A DNA stretch of 64,000 nt from the NCBI RefSeq assembly GCF_039654945.1, contig NW_027361823.1:29574001-29638000 (forward strand), read 5' to 3'. The notes beneath the pieces are model-generated. The model was not told where the DNA came from. It made no database searches and was given only the letters and a program-made list of their open reading frames with translations. This stretch comes from Dendrobates tinctorius. Lineage: Eukaryota. The translations under genes were made by a program, and so were the position numbers. Below are positions 51,278-64,000 of this stretch, piece after piece (position 1 is the first letter of the stretch; each line of letters opens with the position of its first letter).

Positions 51278-51692
51278 GGGTGTGTGCATACGCTGCGGAT
51301 TCTGCTGCGGATCCGCAGCGGATTTGGCCGCTGCGGATCCGCAGCAGTTTTTGCTGCGGTGTACAGTACCTTTAAACCCTATGGGAAAAAAAACCCGCTG
51401 TGCAGATGCTGCAGAAGTTTCTGCGTAGATTTGCTGCGGTTTCAAAATCTCCATTGTGGAGATGAAAAACCGCAGGGCAAAACCGCAGAGCAATCCGCAG
51501 GTAAAACCGCAGGTCTTTTGACCTGCAGATTTACCTGCGGATTTTACAAAATCCGCGCGGCCAAATCCACAGAGCATTCCACAGCGTGTGCACGTACCCT
51601 TAGGGTTTAAAGGTACTGTACACCACAACAAAAACTGCTGCGGATCCGCAGCGGCCAAATCCACTGCGGATCCGCAGCGTGTGCACACATCC
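51278..51692. mobile_element. GTGCACACG-family MITE plus adjoining partial inverted copy
   Basis: GGGTGTGTGCATACG..GTGTGCACGTACCC|TTA, then 51603-51692 inverted relative to ~51278-51380. Confidence 0.7.
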
Positions 51693-52052
51693 TAAAGAAT
51701 GGTACGGCAATGTACGGTAGTAATTATGGGGCGGTTGTATAAGCCTGGGAGATATGTTGAAATTTTTAAACCTATAATCATTCATTCGTTGTGTACATGT
51801 CAGACAATGAATACCTTCTAATAACACGTCAGATTGGTCACCTCCATATTAAATGTTACTGGATCTTATATTAAGTAATGGGATGCCTTTATTTTGGCTG
51901 GATTGTAGTTGCATTACTTCTTTAATTAGGTTACCATGTATCACTACTTTTCTCTCAAATTCGTTTTATTATTGTGGTGTTCTCATATTTGTGAAAAGAA
52001 GAAAATCTGAACCGTACATAACATTGTGTCCTGATTTAGCAAGTCTGCCTTA

Positions 52053-52530
52053 GGCCTCTTTAACGCTTCAGTTTTTTGTGTCAGTTAAAATCCGCCAAAA
52101 AGGCGGAAAAGCGGATCCGTTCCTAACGGATGTGAACGGATGGCACAGGATCCGTTTTTTGACGGATCCGCAGAATGAAGAATTTTAAAGGAACCGCTGG
52201 CCAGAGTGAGAGAGAGAGATTTTCGTCCGCCAGAAAGGATTTCAGGGTTAATTTTCTCCCTGACTTCCTTTCTCCGGGCATGCGCAATGGAAAATGCGGA
52301 TCCAACAACAAAAAAAAAGTTGCAAGGTCCGTCCAGGCATGCCGGCGGACGCAAAAAATTTGGCGGATCCTCACAAAAATGGATCCAATGGATGGCCATC
52401 CGTCAAGATCCCCCAGTAATGCAACTCAATGGGAGAAAAAAACGGATCCGCAAAAAAAAAGGCGGATCCATTTTTTTCAAAACATGGCGGATTTGGACTG
52501 ATGGTCAAAAACGGAAGTGTGAAAGAGGCC
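52053..52530. mobile_element. Harbinger-like MITE (CGGATCCG-rich)
   Basis: TTA|GGCCTCTTTAACGCTTC .. GAAGTGTGAAAGAGGCC|TTA. Confidence 0.75.
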
Positions 52531-55448
52531 TTAGAAAACTTGAGCCATGTAAATGGGAGCTCCTCTATGGAATGTGATCCATAAAAAAAACTTCATTCTG
52601 GAAATCTTTCCAAATGTGTGTAGGGGCATTGAAATACTTTGCTAATCAATGTCTTCAGCAGTTTTTCAGCACTGCTGTGGTCCTTTTCTTACTTGTGTAA
52701 CTTCAATTTCAACTCTCCCAATTACACTGGGGTTCGTGTGAATCAAGAGGTTTTTTTTTTAGGCCGGGGTCACACGACCGTTGATGCTCTCATCCTGGTC
52801 GATTTATACTAATGCCAATTCGATTAAACGTTGATCATAGTTTGATCCCGAGTGTCAGCATAGTGTGATTCGGTTCTCTCGACTGTGAGAAGATGGAGAT
52901 CAAAATTTCTCAATTTTCTCCGTTCTGTGAGTCCTCCGAATGCATTCCGATTTCCATGTACTGGAATGGGCAAGTCTTATCTGTTTTATGCTACAAATCG
53001 CAGCATGCTTTGATTTTTTTTTTTTTTTCTTGCGCATGCCATAATGATATGAGCAATAAGAAAAAGTTGATCAGCACTGCTTAACTACATATTTTTGGTG
53101 CAAGTGTCATCCGATGACATCGGATAGCACTCTGATTTAATTCGTTGATGTGAGCGAGCCACTACAATGTTATTCTTTGAAGCCTTGTTTTGATGTTCCA
53201 TACAGTTAAATTGTAAAATGTACATTGTAAAAGTCACTCCCGGGTCACACAGAACTGACGTCTCGTCACTCAGAGCCACGCTAGAAAATGTGCGTCTACA
53301 TGAGAAATTGCACCATTTCTGGCCATTGTATGACTTGTGTCCTGCATTCTCATAGTTTTCTCCTCTGCAATCTATCTCTAGCTTGCAGTCTACTGGTAGC
53401 TGGGGGAGGAGGAGATGCACTGCAATGATTTCTTCTGTAGACAGCACAGAGAGGGGAATGCCTGCTCTTCATTTACTATTGAGCTCATACAGACAAACTG
53501 CAGCAGTAGTGAGGACTCTTCAGCAGAGCTGAGCTGTCTTGATCTGTATCGAGCTCTGAGGTGAAACACTTGTTAGAGCTCTGAACCGTATTTTTCTGTC
53601 TGCCTCTTGTCGATTCGTTTCCCCTGTTGCTCACTCCTCCTCTCCCCTTCCCTCGCTATAGGGAGTAATGGGCTCTTTCACATGATGTGACTCCCCCCCC
53701 CCAGTGGATGGTGACTTCAGGAGGCATGGAGGAGGGGAAGGTTTCTAAGTGGGGAATGATGCAGATTTCCATAACAAACCTTATTTGTATATTCTCCTGT
53801 ACTATTGACTTATGTAATGTTTGTTGTAGTTACTCTTTTAGTATTTTGAGTTTATTTTCTTAATTTATACTCTGCTTGTGTTGGTATATATATATTTTTT
53901 TTTTCACATGAGCAAAATGATCCTAAAGTTGCCTTTATGGTGAAGTAAATGACAATAGTTGTGTGAAATCCGACTAAGTGGAAAACAGGCTGAGACTTGG
54001 GCAGATTACAGTGTTGCATTGTGCAAATTTGTCTTGATCCATCTCGTGACATGTCTAGACTTGGTGGACTCTCGGTGACAAATTCCATCTGTCCAGTGAA
54101 ATTACAGTGCGAGCCTGGGAAACAAAGTCAGACATACTCAGAGTTTCCTTGTATGTGGTCTAAAGTTTATAATTTTGTGTTGTATATAAATTGTATATTT
54201 TTAAAGTGAACCCATCAGGAGCTTTAGGGTCAGCAAACCAGTTACCTTGCAGTGTAGCGAAGAAAAGGAGTAAAACTCCCTTTCCTTCCTGGTCACAAGC
54301 AGAGTTTCCATTTCTGAGAAATTCCTCATTTAACCCACTTTCAGCCTCATTTATGAAAAAAAAAAATAAGTGAGGACGGGCCGATTCCCAACTAGTGCTC
54401 TAATTACGTACATGATTCCACAGCACCTCAAATGTGCCACTGATATCAACAACATTGAGCAATCCATCACATCGGCCATGTGTTGTGTGTTTGTTTGTTT
54501 TTGTTTTTTTTTTTCTTTTTTAGTCCTTTGCTTTTTGGCTATATTATATTATGCGTATAGTGGTCTCATTCAGACATCCAAGTTAGATCACGTACACAAA
54601 AAAAAAAAACTACGAGTGTCCATTTTTACCGTCAGTGTTTCAACAGTGTGTTTCAAATGTGGATAAATAAATTAAAAAAAGTATAATTTATGTATAAAAA
54701 GTTTCTTTTGCACGGTTAATCATAGACCGCTCACGGACAGCATTTAGATGCCAGCCGTGTGCTGGCAGTGATTTTCACAAAACACACAGACTCGTATTGG
54801 TGCTTTCCATCCATGATGCCGGTAAAACACTGACATGTTGCACGGACATACATCTACAAAAACAAACAAACATAAAAACAAACACATGAACAGCCCCATA
54901 GACTATAATGGGTACATGTGTGTCTGTGGAAGCCACAGAGATGCATATATGAAACCCTGATGTCAGAATAAGGCTTTAATGTATATTTTTTTTTTTTTCT
55001 TTCCTCCAACTAATAAAATATCTAATAGGGACCATTAGGATCTAGTGAAGTGTTGGGCAGTAATGTGTGAAGAAGTCTTCTATGGTGCTTCATGGGTGTG
55101 TACATCTCTAACCTGCTTCAAGATGCTGCTGGGTTTATGATGATAATGTGAAAAGTCTGGAAAAGTGCAATGTCTTGTGTGTAACTGCATCTAACGGCAT
55201 TGCCACGTAACATCTGAGTATTTGTCTGGAATTGCAACACATTGTAGTCTGAGTAAAGGCATTTTATCCAAGCTTCATTCTTTCGCCTTTTATGTCTACC
55301 AGAAAAGTATTCTCAAGTGTATGCCAGAGCCTCGTAACCTCACAGAAACCCACCCGAGGAATATTGGGTTATTGGAAGCAAATACTTCCAGTCTTAGTTT
55401 GTTAGTGTTGAGTGGATTTCACTTTCAGAATCTGTTCTGTATTAATTG

Positions 55449-55870
55449 GTCTCTGCAAAGGAATACGTGGATTTCGTCCGCGCTGCCCAAATGATGAAAG
55501 TCAAGAAGGTTAATAAAGTTTGACAGTGATTTATTCTACGCGTTTCAAGGTATTCAGGAAATACCACCTGGTGGTGGTATCTCCTGAAGAAGAGGTTGCA
55601 AAAAACCTTGAAACGCGTAGCATAAACCACTGTCAAACTTTATTAACCTTCTGGAATTTCATCATTTGGGCAGCGTGGACTAAATCCACGTATTCCTTTG
55701 CAGAGTTCTGTTTCAGATAGTTGGTGACCGACTTGTGGATCTGCAGCAGCCCTTATCTATACATGCTTTGAATACCTACTACCAGGTGAGCAGTTTTTTG
55801 TCAAACCGCTTACTTTATTTGTGAGATAAGACCCTATATTGCGCTTGTGTCTCCCTCTTTCCTCACAATA
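55449..55870 (+). mobile_element. Penelope-like pseudo-LTR insertion with an inverted arm and a hammerhead
   Basis: 12-bp TSD CTGTATTAATTG at 55437-55448 and 55871-55882; 55451-55568 inverted relative to ~55573-55705. Confidence 0.75.
55578..55625 (+). ncRNA. Minimal hammerhead ribozyme with intact core
   Basis: CTGAAGA-A-GAGGTT-GCAAA-AACCTT-GAA-ACGCGT-A; GUA cleavage triplet; weak helix I; AATAAA follows it in the inverted arm. Confidence 0.7.
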
Positions 55871-56046
55871 CTGTATTAATTGATGTTAGACCTTGTAAAG
55901 TAGGATCAATGTCATACAGGGGTTTCTTCCCTATGAGCCGGAACAGAAGTTATCTGTACAGGTGGCCATACATCAAATGTAGGTTAATTGTTGAGCAAAC
56001 GATCGGCTGGTGAATGATCGTTGCTCTGACACAGCTTTACAGTGAA

Positions 56047-56434
56047 AAGGAACCTGTAAAATAACGCTATTAACATGCAGATATGGGGTTAATGGCCTTC
56101 TGACGCCATGTGTTGTCGGCACTGCCCCACTGCTGGGAGGAAATGACTTATATTTCCCCTGGCAGCGTTCAGCTTTCAGTCATCATTCAGTGCATAGATC
56201 AGTGACTGTAACCGTGCCCGTGACACTAACTGACAGCCGACTAGTCCGTGCCGCTCTCTATACACAGAGCAGTAATGGAAACCATGCTGGCGCCATCCCC
56301 TTAACTAAAAGACTGGAGGAATGGTGCTCATTTCCTCCCAGCAGCAGAGCTCTCGGGGCTTTCAGAACGCTATTAATCTGCAGATAAACTTCATATCTGC
56401 AGTTTATAGCATTATTTTACATGACGGGTTTCCT
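56047..56434. mobile_element. Degenerate T2/Kolobok-type MITE
   Basis: AAGGAACCTGT.. / ..GACGGGTTTCCT|TTAA termini. Confidence 0.55.
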
Positions 56435-58391
56435 TTTAAGGCTCATTCAGACGTCCGTGTCAGTCGGTCCAAGCATGATCCGCTAAAAATTTATATGCAG
56501 TGGTTACGTTCTCATCAGGAGACCTGTGACTAGTCCGTGCATTGCCGTCCGATCTCGGAGCGATCTGCACATACATCTGAACAAGCCTTTATTCTAAACT
56601 GGCCATTACATTTAGCCAGACTAACTACACCATGACATTGGAGATAAAGCTGAAGATCTTTTTGGGTTTTCTTGATCAAAAATGCTGGAATTGTGGACTA
56701 GTGACTTTCGGCTGAAAATTGAGATGGCCTTGATAATTCCAGCATGTGTTCCCCGTGTGTCACCACTGGTTAAAACAATCGTTTGCAGCTAAATTTCACC
56801 AGTTGAACAATCATTTTGAAATCTCCCATTTTCCCATCCAGTAGGTGTCTGGCGGTGATTTATTCCCATGTTCCATGTGAAATAAACATGCAGGCTTGGC
56901 CAAGCTGAGCGTTCATTTTTATGGATGCGTTATGAGAAATTGCCGTTTGACATTTAATTCATGTGTGTAACCAACTTTAGTTTTATGTAGAGCTGGGGGT
57001 CCTGGGAAAATAAATGTAGGCATGCATATTAAGCAAATCCAGCACCGATGCAGCCACTCATCTTAGTCCATAGTGACTTAGTCCTTCAACTGCCGTTCAG
57101 TTATGCTAAACAATGAACCATCTATTGTTCAATTTATTCTTTTCATAATTTAACTTTTTAATCAACAAAATATATTTTTCAGCTGTAAAAAAAAAAAAAA
57201 AAAAATTATAGGCAACTTTATTGCAGATGATCTCTGTTCACATTTGACAAATTAACCCAGTGATGAAAACTTGATGGACTTAATTGTAGTTAGTGAGGTC
57301 AGTAACATGCCTTTTGTGTTGCTCACGGGATGGATCTGTCCTCTGCATGAATCTCATGTTTTTGTTTTTTTCCTTTTGTTCTATAGTACAAGAATATCGT
57401 CAGTGACCGTTTTGGAATCTTGCAGTCTTACCAGAGGAATGAGCAAAATGCTTGTTTGTCAGGCAAGATTGTCTTGTGTCTCACTAAAGATCATCGGTCT
57501 CGGCAGCACATTGTCCTAGATAAATGTGCTGCCGAGAACAAAGGCAGCCGATATCAGTGCATGATCTCTATAGGATCGTTCAGTACGCATATTAAGAGTA
57601 GTGTGTCTGTGGAAACTGGCTATTAAACGGCCACCGAGGGGTCATTTAATGCAGCAAAATTGGGTGTTTTACATGCACCCTTAACAGTGGTAGCTAACAC
57701 AATTCTAATGAGCTTCATCACATAACCGTAATGAAGTTAGTAGTATTTTTCTACTTGCAGTCACTTGTACAACCTGAAGTTACAGTTTTTACCGCACTTA
57801 AAAATAGAAGATTTTATTTTTTAATGCACAGATATTAAACCTTTTATTTTCAACCTGTGACTTTGGCACAAAGACAATGCTTTGCCTGCCTAGTCAAACA
57901 AATGAGATATCAAGAGGCTGTGGAACGCCTGCTGCTGCTCAAGCCGTCTCGGTTTATACTTGTGGGAGTAAAAGAAGGACAACGGCTTCATAACAAGTCA
58001 CCCAAAATGGAATTGAATGTCTTAAGGTTTGAGATTTGCCGTATAGCAAATTCCTCTTCGAGTACATAATCGCGCACAGCTACTCTGTTTTAAGGGCTAT
58101 GAATTTGTCCCCTCGTAATAACATAGGGCATAGCAGTAATCTAGCAAGATGTAATGGCCCTTTACTTAAAACAAAAAAGTTAAAAGTAAAATAAATTGAT
58201 TTGCAGGATCAGCACACTGAAATTGAAAATCTCATTTTATTGCTTTCTGCTTAGAATTTGATACATTTCTGTGCATTTTTTTTTTTTACTCCAGAGTCTA
58301 CCAGCATGAAGGACTTTAGCGGCTGTATTAACCAAGTATAACCGTACTGGAGTCAGTAGCCTACTTTCAAAGACAAATATATAAGGCTTAA

Positions 58392-59097
58392 GGTACTGTC
58401 ACACTTAGCGATGTACCAGCGATCCCGACCAGCGATATGACGTGGTCAGGATCGCTGGTGCATCGCTAAGTGGTCGCTAGTGAGCTGCCACACAGGCAGA
58501 TCTCACCACCGACATCGCAGGGGTCGGGGGTCGTTACTTACCTGTCAGACGAGGCGATCCTGACGTCCTCCCGCCCGCGTCCACGCGTCGCTCGTCGTCA
58601 CAGCAGGAATCGCAGCAGGAAGCAGACGACGAGAAGTGGTCCAGGACGTTCTCGCGCGATCAGCGATAACCAGCGGGGGAGCGGTCGGAGGTAAAGGGCC
58701 TGTCACACTAAGCGATATGACTAGCAATATCGCTATAACGTCACTGGTTTTTGTGTTATAGCGATATTGCTAGCGATATCGCTGTGTCTGATGCTTACCT
58801 CCGACCACTCCCCCGCTGGTTATCGCTGATCGCGAGAGAACGTCCTGGACTGTTTCTCGTCGTCAGCTTCCTGCTGTGGAGACGAGCGACGCGTGGACGC
58901 AGGCGGGAGGACGTCAGGATCGCCTCATCTGACAGGTAAGTAACGACCCCTGCGATGCCGCTGGTGAGATCTGCCTGTGTGGCAGCTCACTAGCGACCAC
59001 TTAGCGATGTACCAGCGATCCTGACCGCGTCATAACCAAAAACCAGTGACGTTATAGCGATATTGCTAGCGATATCGCTTAGTGTGACAGGCCCTTT
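58392..59097. mobile_element. Composite AGCGAT-family MITE (reverse copy nested in a forward copy)
   Basis: A second terminus AGGGCCTGTCACACTAAGCGAT starts after TAA at ~58692; 58795-59030 is inverted relative to 58440-58693. Confidence 0.75.
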
Positions 59098-59733
59098 AGT
59101 CTATATCTACCTTCACAGCCAATATTTTTTTTTTCTTAAATGCAATGGAAATTAAGACCTTAAAAAAGTGAATTGATTCATGTCTAGCTCCGATGCAGAC
59201 ACAGTCATCTTCATGGTAACGAACCATGTAGAAGCCATTGTTTCAAGGTCTCATCAATTTACCTAGTTCAAGCGGCACCTCTTCCCAATGCTTCATTCTT
59301 TAGACTTAGGGCTACATAGTTGTGGTTGGGCCAAATTGTGGTAAAATCATGGCACGATCACATAATAACTTGTGTTTCCAATGGAAAACGAGGTTGGGGA
59401 AAACTATCATGACAAACCCAACTTTTTATTCACCTCTCCAGTTACTCGGTCCTTCGTTATCTATGCCGAGAAGCCAAATTTTTAAGTGTTCTTCGGAGCA
59501 ATTCATGTACCAGTTTTTTTTCAGTCCATAAATATAGAAAACTAAGGTTGGGTTAAAAATGGGGGTGCCCACTACTAGGACACCCCTAAATGTTTGGCCC
59601 CAATTTTAAAATAAAAGCTTATACTCACCTGTCACCTCCCAGACTCCAGCCTCTTCATGTTTAGCTCGTTAAAAGGTGGAGAATGTGACGCCAGCACGGA
59701 TTGGGCTCACTTGTCATAACAATGGCACGTGAT

Positions 59734-59969
59734 TCGAGATGAGCAAATTTGTTTGGATTCTGTTCCTAATACTATCGGAATCTAATATTATTTGTGCAAT
59801 ATTTGTAGGACACAGCCGAAAGTCACTAGAGTCAATGGGAATAGAAATTACCGAATGTGTTCGGAACTGATCAAAAGACATATATTTTCGGCCTGATGAG
59901 TGTTCGAATAAGGCACGAATGTCAAAATCGGATTCGGGGCCAAAATCCGAACAAATTCACTCATCTCTA
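59734..59969. mobile_element. Short hAT-type MITE
   Basis: TIR T(C/A)GAGATGAG; 8-bp TSD CACGTGAT / CACGTGAC. Confidence 0.75.
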
Positions 59970-60794
59970 CACGTGACCCTGGGAGTGCGAGTGCCCACAC
60001 CGCTGGAATGACACTGACACGAGAGGGGAATGTAGGCTTTTTTATTTTATCGGTGACTAACACTTTTTTGCCCTTTTAATTAAAGTTTGTTTGGGATTCA
60101 TCATATTTGCTCAGAAACAATGTGTAAAGTAGACTATAGTAATCAGTGAAACCAGAGACTACAGCTCCTCTCGGCATTTCCTATGGACTCTAGAAATCGA
60201 TTCTAATATAGTCTGTTTCCATGGCAGTCTTCCAAAGTAGAACACGGTGTACAGCCAATGAGCAGAGCCGGCTCATCTCTCTCCGGTGCCAACGAGGCTA
60301 AGCTCCACTCTTCAAAGCGTCTGTTTCTAGGATGATTCTGTCACAAATGTGTGACCTTCAGAGCCAGTCAGCAGCGTCACCTTCCCCATCACGGGACGTT
60401 GTTGTGCTAGCATGTATGTGACAGATGTTCATGAATCTGTGTAGCAACAGTGACCCTCATACGTAGCTACCATGACAACAATAAATTATGACACACAACC
60501 CTCCACCTATAAGCAGTGGCGTAGCAACTGTTTGTGGCGCCCGGGGCGGTCGAAAAATTTGCCGCCCCTTTGGTCGTTGATAATCCGGAAGCATCCGAAG
60601 AGCCCACACTACACTCAAAGATCTAATTTTTAGTCTGCTACTAACTCTTCTGTTATTATTTCTAAATTTCTAGACTTATATATGGGTATATAGCATATAT
60701 AGGTGTTCCCAGGGGTGTATACTTGTATATAGCTTCGATAGGTGGCTTCCAGAGGTGTATACAGGTGTACATAGCTTCTATAAAAGGCTCACTG

Positions 60795-61130
60795 GTGCCG
60801 TACATGACTGGCATAAATGACTGCCCTCCATGACTTGCATACATGACTCGCGTACATGACTGGGTTACATAACTGGCTTACAAGACTGACATAAACGATT
60901 GGCATACATGACTTGCGTAAATGACTGGCTTACCTTACCTGACTGGCTTACATGACTGGCGTATATGACTGGCGTACATACATTGTGCACATGACTGGCA
61001 TAAATGACAGGTGTACATGACTGGCATACATGACTGGCATTCATGACTGTCTTTCATGATGGGCCTACATGACTGGCATACTTGACTGGCGTACATGACT
61101 GGCGTACATGACTGGCGAATATGACAGGCG
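60795..61130. repeat. Degenerate 13-bp tandem repeat (TACATGACTGGCG)n
   Basis: Direct repeats. Confidence 0.85.
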
Positions 61131-61388
61131 TGCCGCGTACGTGACCGGTGGAGTCCAGAGCAGTTGAAAAGTTGTGGCATTTTTTTAGGACGCTGATATC
61201 TGCTCTCGAGGCGTTTGTATCCAGCGCTGACTACATTACAGCTGGAGTAGAAGACGCCAATCTCCAGGACTCAAGGCCTTAGTGTCAGCATTGGAGCAAC
61301 CAGAAAAAGGAAAATGAGTAACTGATCCGACCACACAAAGCAGAACATTTGGGGTTGATGGACCCCGGTGTATAATACAGCCGGTGTG

Positions 61389-63767
61389 GCAGGTGTCACA
61401 GTCTGAGTGTCTCCCCTCAGGGCCCTCACAGCAGGTGTCACAGTCTGAGTGTCTCCCCTCAGGGCCCCCACAGCAGGTGTTACAGACAGTCTGAGTGTCT
61501 CCCCTCAGGGCCCCCACAGCAGGTGTTACAGACAGTCTGAGTGTCTCCCCTCAGGGCCCTCACAGCAGGTGTTACAGACAGTCTGAGTGTCTCCCCTCAG
61601 GGCCCGCACAGCAGGTGTCACAGTCTGAGTGTCTCCCCTCAGGGCCCTCACAGCAGGTGTCACAGTCTGAGTGTCTCCCCTCAGGGCCCCCACAGCAGGT
61701 GTTACAGACAGTCTGAGTGTCTCCCCTCAGGGCCCCCACAGCAGGTGTCACAGTCTGAGTGTCTCCCCTCAGGGCCCCCACAGCAGGTGTTACAGACAGT
61801 CTGAGTGTCTCCCCTCAGGGCCCTCACAGCAGGTGTCACAGTCTGAGTGTCTCCCCTCAGGGCCCTCACAGCAGGTGTCACAGTCTGAGTGTCTCCCCTC
61901 AGGGCCCTCACAGCAGGTGTCACAGTCTGAGTGTCTCCCCTCAGGGCCCCCACAGCAGGTGTCACAGTCTGAGTGTCTCCCCTCAGGGCCCCCACAGCAG
62001 GTGTCACAGTCTGAGTGTCTTCCCTCAGGGCCCCCACAGCAGGTGTCACAGTCTGAGTGTCTCCCCTCAGGGCCCCCACAGCAGGTGTTACAGACAGTCT
62101 GAGTGTCTCCCCTCAGGGCCCCCACAGCAGGTGTTACAGACAGTCTGAGTGTCTCCCCTCAGGGCCCTCACAGCAGGTGTCACAGTCTGAGTGTCTCCCC
62201 TCAGGGCCCTCACAGCAGGTGTCACAGTCTGAGTGTCTCCACTCAGGGCCCTCACAGCAGGTGTCACAGTCTGAGTGTCTCCCCTCAGGGCCCTCACAGC
62301 AGGTGTCACAGTCTTAGTGTCTCCCCTCAGGGCCCCCACAGCAGGTGTTACAGACAGTCTGAGTGTCTCCCCTCAGGGCCCTCACAGCAGGTGTCACAGT
62401 CTGAGTGTCTCCCCTCAGGGCCCTCACAGCAGGTGTCACAGTCTGAGTGTCTCCCCTCAGGGCCCCCACAGCAGGTGTTACAGACAGTCTGAGTGTCTCC
62501 CCTCAGGGCCCCCACAGCAGGTGTCACAGTCTGAGTGTCTCCCCTCAGGGCCCCCACAGCAGGTGTTACAGACAGTCTGAGTGTCTCCCCTCAGGGCCCT
62601 CACAGCAGGTGTCACATTCTGAGTGTCTCCCCTCAGGGCCCCCACAGCAGGTGTCACAGTCTGAGTGTCTCCCCTCAGGGCCCTCACAGCAGGTGTCACA
62701 GTCTGAGTGTCTCCCCTCAGGGCCCTCACAGCAGGTGTCACAGTCTTAGTGTCTCCCCTCAGGGCCCCCACAGCAGGTGTTACAGACAGTCTGAGTGTCT
62801 CCCCTCAGGGCCCTCACAGCAGGTGTCACAGTCTGAGTGTCTCCCCTCAGGGCCCTCACAGCAGGTGTCACAGTCTTAGTGTCTCCCCTCAGGGCCCCCA
62901 CAGCAGGTGTTACAGACAGTCTGAGTGTCTCCCCTCAGGGCCCTCACAGCAGGTGTCACAGTCTGAGTGTCTCCCTTCAGGGCCCCCACAGCAGGTGTCA
63001 CAGTCTGAGTGTCTCCCCTCAGGGCCCCCACAGCAGGTGTTACAGACAGTCTGAGTGTCTCCCCTCAGGGCCCTCACAGCAGGTGTCACAGTCTGAGTGT
63101 CTCCCCTCAGGGCCCTCACAGCAGGTGTCACAGTCTGAGTGTCTCCCCTCAGGGCCCTCACAGCAGGTGTCACAGTCTGAGTGTCTCCCCTCAGGGCCCT
63201 CACAGCAGGTGTCACAGTCTTAGTGTCTCCCCTCAGGGCCCCCACAGCAGGTGTTACAGACAGTCTGAGTGTCTCCCCTCAGGGCCCTCACAGCAGGTGT
63301 CACAGTCTTAGTGTCTCCCCTCAGGGCCCCCACAGCAGGTGTTACAGACAGTCTGAGTGTCTCCCCTCAGGGCCCTCACAGCAGGTGTCACAGTCTGAGT
63401 GTCTCCCTTCAGGGCCCCCACAGCAGGTGTCACAGTCTGAGTGTCTCCCCTCAGGGCCCCCACAGCAGGTGTTACAGACAGTCTGAGTGTCTCCCCTCAG
63501 GGCCCCCACAGCAGGTGTCACAGTCTGAGTGTCTCCCCTCAGGGCCCCCACAGCAGGTGTTACAGACAGTCTGAGTGTCTCCCCTCAGGGCCCTCACAGC
63601 AGGTGTCACAGTCTGAGTGTCTCCCCTCAGGGCCCTCACAGCAGGTATCACAGTCTGAGTGTCTCCCCTCAGGGCCCTCACAGCAGGTGTCACAGTCTGA
63701 GTGTCTCCCCTCAGGGCCCTCACAGCAGGTGTCACAGTCTGAGTGTCTCCCCTCAGGGCCCTCACAG
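61389..63767. repeat. 42/46-bp minisatellite, ~55 units
   Basis: CAGCAGGTGTCACAGTCTGAGTGTCTCCCCTCAGGGCCC(C/T)CA and a 4-bp-longer TTACAGACAG variant. Confidence 0.98.
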
Positions 63768-64000
63768 ATATCCCGGGCAGGCTGGGCAGCGCTTCCCGCC
63801 GTCCCCCTCACTCACCGGCTCCTGTGTCCCGGGATCTGCTCCTGCGTCACCTCAGCTCAGCAGCCACGTGTTCTTCGGGCAGCTCCGACCCGCGGCCAAC
63901 ACCTCCTCCGACGTCCAGACTCCAGGAGCGGATGGGCGTTCACCTGAGTGCGCCCAGCACCGGCTCAGGAGCGGACAGCAGCCGGGGCTCCGAGTCCGAG

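Larger units (their letters stand above)
60514..64000. mobile_element. Probable large non-autonomous hAT element hosting tandem arrays; right end outside the window
   Basis: CAGTGGCGTAGC..GCGCCCGGGGCGG terminus resembling the element at 374-2078; only one end visible. Confidence 0.45.

Noticed and set aside
61236-63947. Many repetitive ORFs, or a CRISPR-like array
   Set aside because: Tandem minisatellite without unique spacers; eukaryotic context with no cas genes
63768-64000. GC-rich end with minus-strand GTGAGT as another gene's exon
   Set aside because: Similar GC-rich segments with donor-like motifs occur inside the hAT element near 700-760; no recognisable protein and truncated by the window

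Overview
Vertebrate genomic DNA, most likely from a frog (inferred from the repeat families). The only host gene seen is the CpG-island promoter and 32-nt first coding exon of a REEP-family gene (MVSWIICKAVV, most like reep3; 2515-2546, +). Exon 2 was not found, so the remaining ~61 kb appears to be a transposon-filled intron 1. Large elements: a decayed DIRS1 tyrosine-recombinase retrotransposon (7650-14256); two decayed Tc1 elements; and a decayed Ngaro element with split direct repeats and an SGNH-hydrolase ORF (31188-48418). The Ngaro element contains two piggyBac-type non-autonomous insertions and an apparently intact, young DIRS1 (40228-46313). Also present: a piggyBac transposase relic, many hAT/Harbinger/Kolobok MITEs, a solo LTR, a tRNA-Ser(CGA) copy and two minisatellites. 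Main observations: (1) a candidate UGA-CGG plus hairpin stop-readthrough signal that would fuse Gag to the recombinase in the intact DIRS1; (2) a hammerhead retrozyme insertion with a 12-bp TSD whose inverted segment starts at the ribozyme cleavage site; (3) a likely spliced ORF1-SGNH hydrolase product in Ngaro; (4) a TSD-flanked pre-tRNA-like insertion. All calls were made by eye; no searches or folding programs were run.
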